64,000 nt of DNA from a virus: the IMG/VR virus record IMGVR_UViG_3300030102_006261, positions 78,161 to 142,160 of that record, one strand, 5' to 3'. The translations under genes and the position numbers were made by a program. Of this stretch, positions 40,093 through 49,800 are shown piece after piece (within the stretch, counting starts at the first letter, position 1; every line of letters begins with the position of its first letter). The notes under the pieces were generated by a model. That model saw only the letters and a program-made list of their open reading frames with translations, was not told where the DNA came from and made no database searches.

Positions 40093-40472
40093 TTCGTATT
40101 TTCCATTTCACTCTTAATTCTCGTCAATAGTGTGTATGCAGCAAAAGTTCCATTTACTTCACGTTTAAATCTACTAAGTAACTTTCGTTCATCATCACCT
40201 TTCGTTTTAGACCATGAACGAAACCCCCTGTAGCTCAGTGGATATGATCTTGTTTTTCTGTACGATTGCACAAAATCAGCCAGTAATTTAGCTGCCTTGG
40301 GATTTGCATCCAATACTGATAGGAAACCAAATATTTCCCTAAACGTTTTCTTCAACAGGCCTAGATTAGATCCTATTTTTTTATCTTCTAATTTTTCGAT
40401 AGCGTCCCTGAGTGCTGATCTACTGAAAGCAGATGTCTCAAAATTGACTGAAGAGATTGGTGTGTTCTTCAT
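40089..40472 (-). CDS. Hypothetical protein
   Basis: ORF coupled to neighbours. Confidence 0.55.
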   Translation of the reverse strand: MKNTPISSVNFETSAFSRSALRDAIEKLEDKKIGSNLGLLKKTFREIFGFLSVLDANPKAAKLLADFVQSYRKTRSYPLSYRGFRSWSKTKGDDERKLLSRFKREVNGTFAAYTLLTRIKSEMENTK

Positions 40473-41115
40473 GGTACTCTCTTATCGTTTCATATAATTT
40501 TTTAGTATAGTCTATTGTCCTACCGCTAAAGACTTGTGAGTTACCATCTTCACAACTAATCAGTATGTGGAAGTGTGGTATCTCCTCCTTGTATATGTCT
40601 TGCCACATAAGAGCATAAGCAGTCGCTTGTAGGTAGTAATTTTCAATGTCCCGAAGACGTTTAGTTCTCGTTGAGCCTTTGAAGTCTATGATCGATAACT
40701 TTCCATCATACTCAGCGACACAGTCCGCTCTACCAGCTAGACCCACCTTGTCACTCCACAAACCAGTTTCTAAACCTCGTATGTTGTCTATCTTGTCTAG
40801 TTCTGGTTTTAATTGATTGAATAGTGTCAGTAAACTATCGGGAATATCGATACACTCATCAGTAATTAGAAGATTATTGTAGAGATATCGCTCGATGAGT
40901 TCATGAAACTCATTACCCCTCACTGTAACTCTCTTGGCCTCTTTTGGATTTTTTCTTCTCCAACTAGCAAAGAATTTAGACTTCTTCCAACCAGTAACCG
41001 TAGTCACGCTTGGTAGATGCTTACCAGAGGGAGAAAGATAATATCTGCCGGTATCGGTGGTGACAGCAGATATATCTTCTAAAATCTTAGATTGTGTCAC
41101 ATGATTAAATGTCAT
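40438..41115 (-). CDS. PD-(D/E)xK exonuclease (T4-like)
   Basis: RYY..P.G..LPSVTTV, RG.EFH, AGRADCVAEYDGKLSIIDFK, YYLQATAYA. Confidence 0.88.
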   Translation of the reverse strand: MTFNHVTQSKILEDISAVTTDTGRYYLSPSGKHLPSVTTVTGWKKSKFFASWRRKNPKEAKRVTVRGNEFHELIERYLYNNLLITDECIDIPDSLLTLFNQLKPELDKIDNIRGLETGLWSDKVGLAGRADCVAEYDGKLSIIDFKGSTRTKRLRDIENYYLQATAYALMWQDIYKEEIPHFHILISCEDGNSQVFSGRTIDYTKKLYETIREYHEEHTNLFSQF

Positions 41116-41121
41116 AATAAA

Positions 41122-41149
41122 ATTATATCAGAATTCAGTCTTCAGTCAA
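41122..41149 (-). promoter_or_regulatory. Sigma70 promoter for leaderless exonuclease mRNA
   Basis: TTGACT-16nt-TATAAT with TG extension, 6 nt before ATG 41115. Confidence 0.75.
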
Positions 41150-41482
41150 TGAATTATTATGGGCATTAAGTAAAGATTCGCCTAAGTGAACCTTGGCTTC
41201 GTCATCGAGGTTGTTAATTTCCTCCATGATCTTTGTGCTCATTTCATTGATCTGTTTATCATCGAACTCTACATTGAGGCTTTCCTCTACCGAGCCAATA
41301 TACTCTGCAATACCCTCAATCAATAATGAGTCAATGAGAACAGCTAACTCTTGAACTGCCTCATCAGTTTGTGTCGATTCTGACAGTTCTTGAGAAACAG
41401 TTTCCTCTTCCTCTTGAATGTCTCTGGTCATGATCTTTAAGGCAGTTTTTGCCAAATCTTTGGTTTTGTTATCTGAAAACAT
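41135..41482 (-). CDS. Acidic hypothetical protein
   Basis: SD AAGGA; TATACATA at 41513-41520. Confidence 0.6.
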   Translation of the reverse strand: MFSDNKTKDLAKTALKIMTRDIQEEEETVSQELSESTQTDEAVQELAVLIDSLLIEGIAEYIGSVEESLNVEFDDKQINEMSTKIMEEINNLDDEAKVHLGESLLNAHNNSLTED

Positions 41483-41523
41483 GGTTTTTTCCTTTAGTTT
41501 AGGATTACTTTATATGTATATGT

Positions 41524-42348
41524 TTAAAATGTTGAGTAGCCGGGAATGCCTTGACTCGTGAAAGTTGTGCCGAGGTAAGGATCAGTTTCACCTCTCTTGG
41601 CTCTTTCGAATCTGTCGGACTGGTATCCGTAGAACTTACCAGCAAGAACTGCTGCGAGTGATCCAGTTGCGGCCGCGGCGATATCGGGAGTTTTACTTTG
41701 TCCACGAGCCACCATCGATCGGACTCTGTTAAGTCTCTGCTGTCTGAGTTGCCCTGCTGCAACGTAAGATGATCTGGTTGGTCTATATCCGGCTGCGCGT
41801 TGCGTTGTTCCTACGGGTATCTGAGCTGCTTGAGTTGGAGTTCTACGAGTCGAACCGGTGGTCCTCGTCGCCGCTCGTTGCCCACGACTTGCTCTGAATC
41901 CCGGTGCCGCTTTTTGAATTACTTTTCCAACACCAGCACCCAGACCAACCCCTAACGCAGCAGGAAGAAGGGACATTCCAGTTTCGGGATCAGCTATTCC
42001 GGCTCCACCACCAATAATAGCACCGACGAGCCCGCCGAGCCCTCCTTTTAAAGCTCTTCTACCAATTCTCTTTGCTCTAGTTCCACCCCTAGTTCCCCCA
42101 TACTGAGATGCAAGGGCACCAATGGCCGCTCCACCGGCCGCACCCCTTAGGGCTCCCTGTGGTCCATAGAGAGATGCTGCTCGTTTTGCAAGTGCTTGTT
42201 CTAATCCAGCCCTGTAATATGGAAATAGTTGATTAGAATCAGAAGCTCTCTGTGACACCGACTTGGTTTTGAGTAGATAATCACCTAGTTGGCTGAATCC
42301 CCCCTTTGGGGCTTGTTCGTTTATTGGATTTGTGTTGTTTTCTTTCAT
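41524..42348 (-). CDS. Basic glycine-zipper protein
   Basis: GAAGGAAIGALA, GGLGGLVGAIIGGGAG. Confidence 0.6.
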   Translation of the reverse strand: MKENNTNPINEQAPKGGFSQLGDYLLKTKSVSQRASDSNQLFPYYRAGLEQALAKRAASLYGPQGALRGAAGGAAIGALASQYGGTRGGTRAKRIGRRALKGGLGGLVGAIIGGGAGIADPETGMSLLPAALGVGLGAGVGKVIQKAAPGFRASRGQRAATRTTGSTRRTPTQAAQIPVGTTQRAAGYRPTRSSYVAAGQLRQQRLNRVRSMVARGQSKTPDIAAAATGSLAAVLAGKFYGYQSDRFERAKRGETDPYLGTTFTSQGIPGYSTF

Positions 42349-42352
42349 GGTA

Positions 42353-43843
42353 TCACCTTGACATTACTGCGTCAACTCCTGCTGCTGTTGGTGAAAATCT
42401 TGGATTATACCCACCGAGAGATTTTAGAATTTCTAGACCTTGAGTTCCGGCGAGTAGTTGTGCTCCGCCCACACCAACATCACTTATTGCGTCTCCCACG
42501 GATCGACCGCTACCACTTTGTCCGAACCCCCCAAGCGCACTTAATCCAAGAGTTGCAGCAATTGCTGACATTATTGACTTCCCTGTTTCTCCTTTGGGAA
42601 AGGCTGCTTTAATGCGATCTAAGACTTTTGCTGTTGTGCCACTTTGCTCCATAATTGTTTTAGCAACTCCATATGAGAATTCCTCTCTGAATCCTCGTGG
42701 TGAGACTAACCTACCCATGCTTTGTCGTGAACGTTTGAATTCTGGATCATCTATTGGGGGAACTAACTCCTGTGGAACAGGGCGATCTTGTTGTGGTTGG
42801 TTTGGGTTGGTTGGTTGAACTGGTCGGACTGGTTGAACTGGTTTTCCTTGATCTTTAGGAGCTGTATTGGTGTCTGTATCTGTACGAGTTATTGGTGCGG
42901 GAGCTGGACGAAGAAGTATTGTTGTCCCAGTCGCCGCGGCCGCGGCTGCGGCTGCGGCCGCAGCTTTTTGTCTGGCTGTCATTCTTCCGGGTGCTACATC
43001 CACCTCTACTTTTCTCGCTGGTGTTGTTCTTGTCGTTGTTCCTGTTTCAACCCTGGCTCTTGCGGGTTTTGGATCCATCCGGAGTCCAGGCTGAGATGGT
43101 GCCTGCTCGATATCTCTTAGTAATCTTCCCAGAGGATCTCCACCCTCCTTACCACGAGCTAATGCTTGACGTGATACTGGAACATTACCTTGAGCAATCT
43201 CTGAAGCAAATTTACCTTCAATTGCCGCCATTTCTGCTGCTTCATCTGGAGTGAAAAACTTCTGCTGCCCGGGCAGGTCAACGTTCTTCAGATCCTCGGC
43301 ATCAAGATCTTTTACTGCTCTCTCCACTTTCGCTTTTCGTCTGGCTGCTGCTGCCGCCATATCAGCTTCTTTTGCTACGTCACCCATGCCTGGGAGTGCT
43401 TTTTGACCTTTCACTATTGCGGGTGCGGCCGCAGCAGCTAACTTTACTCCACCAACAGCTTGACCAGCAGCGGGAACCATCGCGCCCACGTTCATAGCAA
43501 GATCACCTAGTTTTAGATTGACAAGAGAGTCAATTGCTGCCGCGAAATCAGCACCTGCACCAATAACTGGTGTCATTCCTGCTCCTGTGAGAGCGAGCTG
43601 TCTTGCATCATAGTCAGTCGCTAATTCAACTGCTCTGGACGAGAGGAACTTGTTTAGCATCGACTGTTGCATGTCTGGGGTCATTCTGTCAGCGGCAGTG
43701 GAACTTGGTTTGAATCCATCAGGACCGTACATCTTGAACGGATCATTCTTCGCATTCAGAGCAGCCCTGTTATTGACTGCGTTGGGTTCATCAGTTGGGT
43801 TGCGTGACTCCATTATTTCACGATACTTTTGAAATCGGTTCAT
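42353..43843 (-). CDS. Ala-rich probable internal/ejected protein with pre-toxin-TG-like motif
   Basis: AGMTPVIGAGADFAAAI..GDLAMNVGAMVPAAGQAVGGVK. Confidence 0.6.
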   Translation of the reverse strand: MNRFQKYREIMESRNPTDEPNAVNNRAALNAKNDPFKMYGPDGFKPSSTAADRMTPDMQQSMLNKFLSSRAVELATDYDARQLALTGAGMTPVIGAGADFAAAIDSLVNLKLGDLAMNVGAMVPAAGQAVGGVKLAAAAAPAIVKGQKALPGMGDVAKEADMAAAAARRKAKVERAVKDLDAEDLKNVDLPGQQKFFTPDEAAEMAAIEGKFASEIAQGNVPVSRQALARGKEGGDPLGRLLRDIEQAPSQPGLRMDPKPARARVETGTTTRTTPARKVEVDVAPGRMTARQKAAAAAAAAAAATGTTILLRPAPAPITRTDTDTNTAPKDQGKPVQPVRPVQPTNPNQPQQDRPVPQELVPPIDDPEFKRSRQSMGRLVSPRGFREEFSYGVAKTIMEQSGTTAKVLDRIKAAFPKGETGKSIMSAIAATLGLSALGGFGQSGSGRSVGDAISDVGVGGAQLLAGTQGLEILKSLGGYNPRFSPTAAGVDAVMSR

Positions 43844-44631
43844 TTTCTTGTTGCTCTTTCTTTTGATCTTCTAGTCTCAAGTGTGCCTTTAACTTTTTTC
43901 TTGATTGTTTTTGATCTCGGTCCCTCTTGTGCTAGCTCTCCACCGGGAACACCCTTTAGTTTTCTTGTTTTTGCAAGTGCTGCTTCAGGTCCTCTGGGAG
44001 TGGTGACGGTTCTCTCCACACCAAGTAAAGCGTTCATTTCATCGGGTGATGCGCCGAGGAGGTTCGACAAATAGTCATAAGCGGCTAAACTACCTACTTG
44101 AAATCCTAAACCCCTTAGAATTCCACCAAAGCTTTCGGTAATTGTGGATTTGATGTGATCATGTCTGGTGCTTTCTAATGGTGTGTAACCTCTAGCTTCC
44201 AGATCTTTCTCTTCTTTCTCTTTTTTCTTTTTATCATGAGCTGCTATTAGCGCCATGATTTCTTCTTCAGACATACCGGGTTTAATTCCTACTTCTTCGG
44301 GGGTGCCGAAACCTGATATGACGGCGTTAGTAACATTTCCAAGAAAATCTCTAACCATCTGAAAGTAGCCCTTGCCCTCTGCTGGACTTGTTTCTGGTGA
44401 CATGTAGTTATCAAAATATGGAATTTCGACATTTCGACCCAAAATGCTCTGAGTTTTAAATCCAGCGGGTTTTATATCACCGGCTGATGCCGGTGTGGGG
44501 ACTTTAACAGAGGGTTCATTTCTTTTCTTTGCGAATCCGGTGGCTGGATCTAATTTAAAACCACCAGTGGGAAAATTGCCACTTCCACCAATCGACTCCA
44601 TGATTGTTCTTATGTTTTTCTCTAAGGACAT
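43840..44631 (-). CDS. Hypothetical probable internal protein
   Basis: SD GAGG; N-terminus ending in ..TIME; TATATATA at 44655-44662. Confidence 0.6.
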   Translation of the reverse strand: MSLEKNIRTIMESIGGSGNFPTGGFKLDPATGFAKKRNEPSVKVPTPASAGDIKPAGFKTQSILGRNVEIPYFDNYMSPETSPAEGKGYFQMVRDFLGNVTNAVISGFGTPEEVGIKPGMSEEEIMALIAAHDKKKKEKEEKDLEARGYTPLESTRHDHIKSTITESFGGILRGLGFQVGSLAAYDYLSNLLGASPDEMNALLGVERTVTTPRGPEAALAKTRKLKGVPGGELAQEGPRSKTIKKKVKGTLETRRSKERATRK

Positions 44632-44664
44632 ATTTACCTCACAGTGTTATATAGTATATATAAA

Positions 44665-44755
44665 ATAACCCCCACCAAAGACGGATCACCCTCTGACTAA
44701 TGGTGGGGGTTTTAGCGCGGTCCCAAGGTAGCGGGCGCAAAGCCCATCGGCGCTA
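44665..44755 (-). ncRNA. Candidate structured 3'-UTR/terminator RNA with 16S-complementary loop
   Basis: GC-rich multistem 44713-44755, then stem cccccacca/tggtggggg enclosing AGAGGGTGATCC, then a T-rich tail. Confidence 0.45.
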
Positions 44756-45595
44756 TTTCTGGTTTATATTTTCCATTGACTTTAGTCTTTTGATATTTTT
44801 GGGTGCCATCGGACCACTCGTGTATAATCTGTTGAGTTCACGATACATCTTTGAGTCAACGTATTCTGCTTTGGCTTTATCAACATCACCCGCTTCAATG
44901 GCAGCAGACATTTTTGGAAAGGGCTTCCCAGATTCTCTTGTTATTGCTGCCACTGTTTGTTGAACATCCTTTGGTTGCTTCGCGTAACTAGGAACAGCCT
45001 TTTCAATCTTGGGTAGATCTTTACTCAAGAAGTGGTGTCGCATCATGGATTTGTTAGTCTCTGGATCCAATCCCTGTCTGGTTCTAGGATCTAGGCTGAA
45101 GGCTTTATATGGATCCACACCGGGTTCCATCGCTGTTATTATGTCTTTGAAGTGTCGTGGTACTTCTTTTCCATAATTAAAAGATGCGAGACCACCCTGC
45201 TGTGTTGGAACTTTTTCCTTATGTGTGGGATCCTCCTCTGCATACATTTTTCCATCAGGGCTTACTGTGAACCCTTCGGAATCTTTTTGATCAGGTAGAA
45301 TATTCTTGTCGTAGTCTCGGGTGTCTCTTGCACGTTTCATCAAGGCAAACATCTCTGGGGACATTCTATTTTTTCTTGTCGTGGTGGTTGGGGTTTCCGA
45401 CTCTTCTTTTTCTTTCTTTGGTCCGGGTAGGTTTATTGATTGTCCGATTTGAAGTTTCGTAGCATCTACATTTGGATTTGCTTTGGTGATATCATCTATT
45501 GATATGCCAAGATCTTTGGCGATACCATAAAATGTATCACCCTTTTTTATTTCTCTTTGCTCTTGTTCTGCTAAAAAACCAATAAATGATAACAT
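44753..45595 (-). CDS. LysM domain plus T4-lysozyme-like (GH24) protein
   Basis: IKKGDTFYGIA..I.DITKAN..LQIGQSINLP; SEG..Y..D..T; FPKM.AAI..GD..KA..E.VDSK.Y. Confidence 0.7.
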   Translation of the reverse strand: MLSFIGFLAEQEQREIKKGDTFYGIAKDLGISIDDITKANPNVDATKLQIGQSINLPGPKKEKEESETPTTTTRKNRMSPEMFALMKRARDTRDYDKNILPDQKDSEGFTVSPDGKMYAEEDPTHKEKVPTQQGGLASFNYGKEVPRHFKDIITAMEPGVDPYKAFSLDPRTRQGLDPETNKSMMRHHFLSKDLPKIEKAVPSYAKQPKDVQQTVAAITRESGKPFPKMSAAIEAGDVDKAKAEYVDSKMYRELNRLYTSGPMAPKNIKRLKSMENINQK

Positions 45596-45611
45596 GTAGA
45601 TGATTCCGAAA

Positions 45612-45896
45612 CTAGCCAAGAAGATAAATTTGATTGTCTGTGTTATGACTCTCGTATGAACGAATTTGAATTGGGAGCACATATGGAAGGTTTCCGTATC
45701 CTCCGCTGAGACCTGGAACTCCGAACGTTTGGCCGGCGAACGTGCCGAATGTAATCCCAGCACATCCTATGTTCTGGGGACCGCCGGCGGTGTCACCCAC
45801 GAAGGCAATAAAGACCCCCTTGTTGGGACCGACGCCTTGGGATCCAGCGCCATTTATTAATGCTTTTGCGCTTCTGTACTGATCATAACCTGCCAT
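45612..45896 (-). CDS. Small Gly-rich hypothetical protein
   Basis: SD AAGGAG; TATACATA at 45915-45922. Confidence 0.6.
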   Translation of the reverse strand: MAGYDQYRSAKALINGAGSQGVGPNKGVFIAFVGDTAGGPQNIGCAGITFGTFAGQTFGVPGLSGGYGNLPYVLPIQIRSYESHNTDNQIYLLG

Positions 45897-45913
45897 GTGT
45901 GCTCTCCTTAATA

Positions 45914-46765
45914 CTATGTATAATCTAGTTCTTCTCGCTTAGATTTTGGTGTTAGCTTGTGTCTGAGTTTACCAAATACACCTTTATATATGCCTGTGGA
46001 GGTGCCCCATTTGTTAAGTGGACATGATGTCTGTGGCATTTTGATCTTGTTGGTGAGTCTCGCTCTTGGATTAGCGCCACAACCACACTTTGTGCAGAAT
46101 CCTAGTGGATCTGGGATTTTATCATGAGTTTTTCTGTGTGGACATTCACCACAAATTTTCTCTCGCTCTTTGAATACGGTAAGAGACACTGGACCTTGAG
46201 TTGCAAGAGACTGCTCTGCTCTGAAGTAATTGATGACATTTGTCAGAGTGAACTTAGTCTTTTCCTCTTCCTTTGTCATTCTTTCAGGGGATCTGTTGAT
46301 GAGATTCTCTATTTTTCTTTCAGATCTCTCTGCTGGGTGAGATTCTCTCAGTAACCTATTAATATGTAATTTTTTCTTTTCATTGCCTTCATCCACATCA
46401 TCCCGAACCGCTCTGGGATTGATGGGAATATCATGTAATGTACCGTCCTCCACCTTTTTGGTATACATGTCTCGGTACTCTTTCTCCGAGTACTCCATCG
46501 CGGCCTCTTTTGGTATTGGTTGAAATCCCTCATCATATAGTTTTTTCAGATACTCTGCTTGTTTATCTGATTGCATACCATCCCAGTTTGTCTTGTACTC
46601 TCGCTCAGTATCAGCATACATGTCGTAAAGGCTGTATGTTTCATTTGGACTGAAACTTCTGTTCATCCTAGAACCATAGGACTCTTTCGTGGCTGGCTTA
46701 TTACAGGTTTGACACTCAGTGTCATCTACATTTTTGTTTAGTTCTTCGTCCACTTGAATCTCCAT
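45914..46765 (-). CDS. Hypothetical protein with Cys-cluster C-terminal domain
   Basis: R..ICGEC..FCTKCGC..K..CPLNKW; TATAAATA at 46808-46815. Confidence 0.65.
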   Translation of the reverse strand: MEIQVDEELNKNVDDTECQTCNKPATKESYGSRMNRSFSPNETYSLYDMYADTEREYKTNWDGMQSDKQAEYLKKLYDEGFQPIPKEAAMEYSEKEYRDMYTKKVEDGTLHDIPINPRAVRDDVDEGNEKKKLHINRLLRESHPAERSERKIENLINRSPERMTKEEEKTKFTLTNVINYFRAEQSLATQGPVSLTVFKEREKICGECPHRKTHDKIPDPLGFCTKCGCGANPRARLTNKIKMPQTSCPLNKWGTSTGIYKGVFGKLRHKLTPKSKREELDYT

Positions 46766-46815
46766 TAAATAATTTTTAATTATACAGAAAACCTAAACTA
46801 CCGCAAGTATTTATA

Positions 46816-49800
46816 TCAAACCCCATAACCACCCCCAGCTTGTTCTCCCCCAGCTTGGGTTCCGTCAGATGAATCCTGACATATACCACTTTCACAATAT
46901 GTGTCAGCCCCTTGGAATATTCCCCCACTGGCAACACATTCTTGCTCAGTTAGCCCGTCAGCACACTGAAGGGATCCATAGCAACATGCTCCGACTGGAT
47001 CTGGACAAACATTTTCAAGTTGATCATCTTCGTTTCTCTGACATATACAGCAAGGCTCATCCTCGTGCCAAGTCCAACCGGGGCGTTGCGTGCATTGAGC
47101 TTCTGTTTGTGCTTCAATGCATTCTTCATCACAACCGACTGGATCCCCACCACCACCTGCGGTCTGTGGTGTGGTCAGATTACCAACACCACCAGCGTCA
47201 TCACCACATGCTGCTGGTGGACAACATGCACCGGTCTTCTGATCACAACCACACACATCAAGGCTCCGCGCTAGATCCACGCAAACTTCGTCCCAACCAA
47301 TACCAAAGGCTTCACAGCATGTTGGATCAATGTCACATACGGCACTACAGCACACTTCATCACTACAGAATGGGGTTTCATGTGCCGTACAACAAAGACC
47401 AGTGTCGGGAGATCCACAATATAGATCTTTACAGAATGGTGATGGTGATCCTGCCATATATGTCTCAAAGGCTTGAGTGCAGTTTTCATCCCAACCACCA
47501 AATCTACCGTCATTGCAATAATAGTAGAGTGGATTGGAGGAGAATGCATCACAGCATCGCTCTGCTATTGATACTGTTTCACCATCATACGTGCTAGTTC
47601 CGGGTATTGTAACTTCTTGTTGTTGCTCACATCTATCTGCGTTAGCCTCGGCTTGAGAACAGAAACAAGTTGGCCTCACAGAGGAATCATAGTCTCCAAA
47701 CAGCGCACAGTCTGGTTTATCTATTTCAATGACGCAGGTGCCATATTCCTGAATCTCCCAATGTAATCTCGCATAAAATGCCTCTAAACAGTTTCTGAAA
47801 CCATGACATGAACATGCATCATTGTACGGACCATTTAACGAACCGGCACACCTACCGGTGATATTTGCTCCGGGGCAACCAGAGCCGTTACCTTCACCAT
47901 AGTCAATCCTGTTACTGGGTGCCACTTCGATTGACCATGGATCACTACATCCCTTGGTACCTACCCCATCCGGACTGTCGGGGAACGGGCTGTCAACCAC
48001 TGGATCGTATACCATAGTACCCGAAGTGCCTAATTCTGTGAAAACTGGCGCAGCATATGATCTAAGTGCAGCTCTACTGCCACCCTGGCTTACTAACTCA
48101 GGCTCATCACGAAGAGTGAGATCTATAGGTCTGATGTCATAGAGGATCATGTTCGGTTCATATTTGTCTAAAAATCCGGATTCATTTTCACTATCGTCAA
48201 CACATGGTTCAGAGGTAGAGTCACAACCTCCTACGTCCCATATATAATATCCGTAGTCGTTGTAACGCATTGCACTTGGTCGGGCGGCATGGGTCATGGC
48301 GACTGTCAAATTAAGCTGATCACAGATTCCTGTATTCTCATCGAGATACCGAATAAATTTGGGACTTGTTAGTTCGTATCTACCACCAAGAGGCCAATCA
48401 AGGGTGGAAAATCCGGCGCGAGATGAATCTTCATGAATTCTAAATTTCATGCTACCCATCTTGAGTGTATTCATTGCTGTATTCATACTCGCGTGGTCTT
48501 CAAAAACAAACCCAACTCTACCTAGAACGGTTTCATGTCTAAACTCACCATCAGCTAAATCGGTTCTGTCTTTTTCCTGATTAAATTCCGGAGTGTCTAG
48601 AATAGGATTCTTTGAGGCCTCATACCTGTTATTGATTCCAATAATATCCTCTGATCTAAATGTAACATCGAACGGGGGTCCGTAATTACTGAAGAAATCA
48701 CTGTTAGCGTATCTATAGTTTTCAATTGGATCATCTGGATCCACATCTTCGTAACTAGAAAAGTTCCATTTTGCAAAATTATCATACCTAAGTCTTGGCA
48801 TTCCTGCGACAATTCCTCTTGCCGGATTTACTGGTGTTGGACACACCTCTCCGGGCTGTACAACACATCCCTCGATCTCTTCTTCATCAGAGCACTGAAG
48901 ACAAATGACATCCTCTATCGGCAGCTCGGTGCCCTGTGCTCCTTCGGTATTCCAGTGAATATATGCCGTGTCTAAAACGTATGCGTCCCCTCTTACCTTA
49001 TGGTTTACATACTTTGGAGTATAATCACCGTTATCTGGATCAGCGTACTCAACTTGAGCATTGGCAGGTCTTATGCCAGGTTCAAGGAATCTACCAGAGC
49101 AGAACCATCCACCAAATGGTATGATTGCACCAACTCGTCTACCCTCGTTTTCTCCATCCTGTAGACTGAAGAACCTATACGCACCCGCTGCCTCTTGGAA
49201 TCCATACTGGTTCGGTCCTTCCGTGTGTGTTGACTTAGGAATTGGTCTGTTCTCATCTCCGACTACAATTTCTGGTGGACTCCATCCGGGATACTGTGGC
49301 ACACCTCCCACTACTAAATTGTCTGATACGTGAAGATCTAGATCCTTAAATGTTTTCCAACCGATCGGTGTTCCCGTGATTAAACGTTGCTCATTTTCAC
49401 CAAACCACTTAGATCCTTGACGAATGTGTGGCTCTGTTGGATTGAGAATATTGAAGAATCTAACTTCTTTGAACTTGGGAAGTTCAGTGTTCAGCCAGTG
49501 GTTAGTGGGTATGTCTGTGGCGATTCCAGTCTCTTCAAATTCCTCGTTTGATCTGTAGGTAGAGCAGTACATTTCAACGTCTTCCGCCGTTTCTGGATTG
49601 CCGGGGTTGAATTCGTCTCCAGCATTTGCCGGATCAAGAAACGCAGTGGGATATCCCGTGTTGGAATTTCCACCATCAAGTTCATCTAAGAATAGAGTGC
49701 TTCCCTCCTCATTAGTCTTTACTCTCTTGAGAGTCTTAATTTCAAGTCTTGTGGTAACCACATCAGCACCTTGGTCATAACAGTCATGTGGCGTTGGTGG

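Noticed and set aside
44713-44755. c-di-GMP-I riboswitch (GGCGCAAAGCC on the plus strand)
   Set aside because: Upstream GGCAAACC/GAAA elements absent and orientation opposite to the flanking genes
46869-47597. 242-aa His-rich plus-strand ORF and other short ORFs within the giant gene
   Set aside because: Antisense artefacts of Cys/Gly codons
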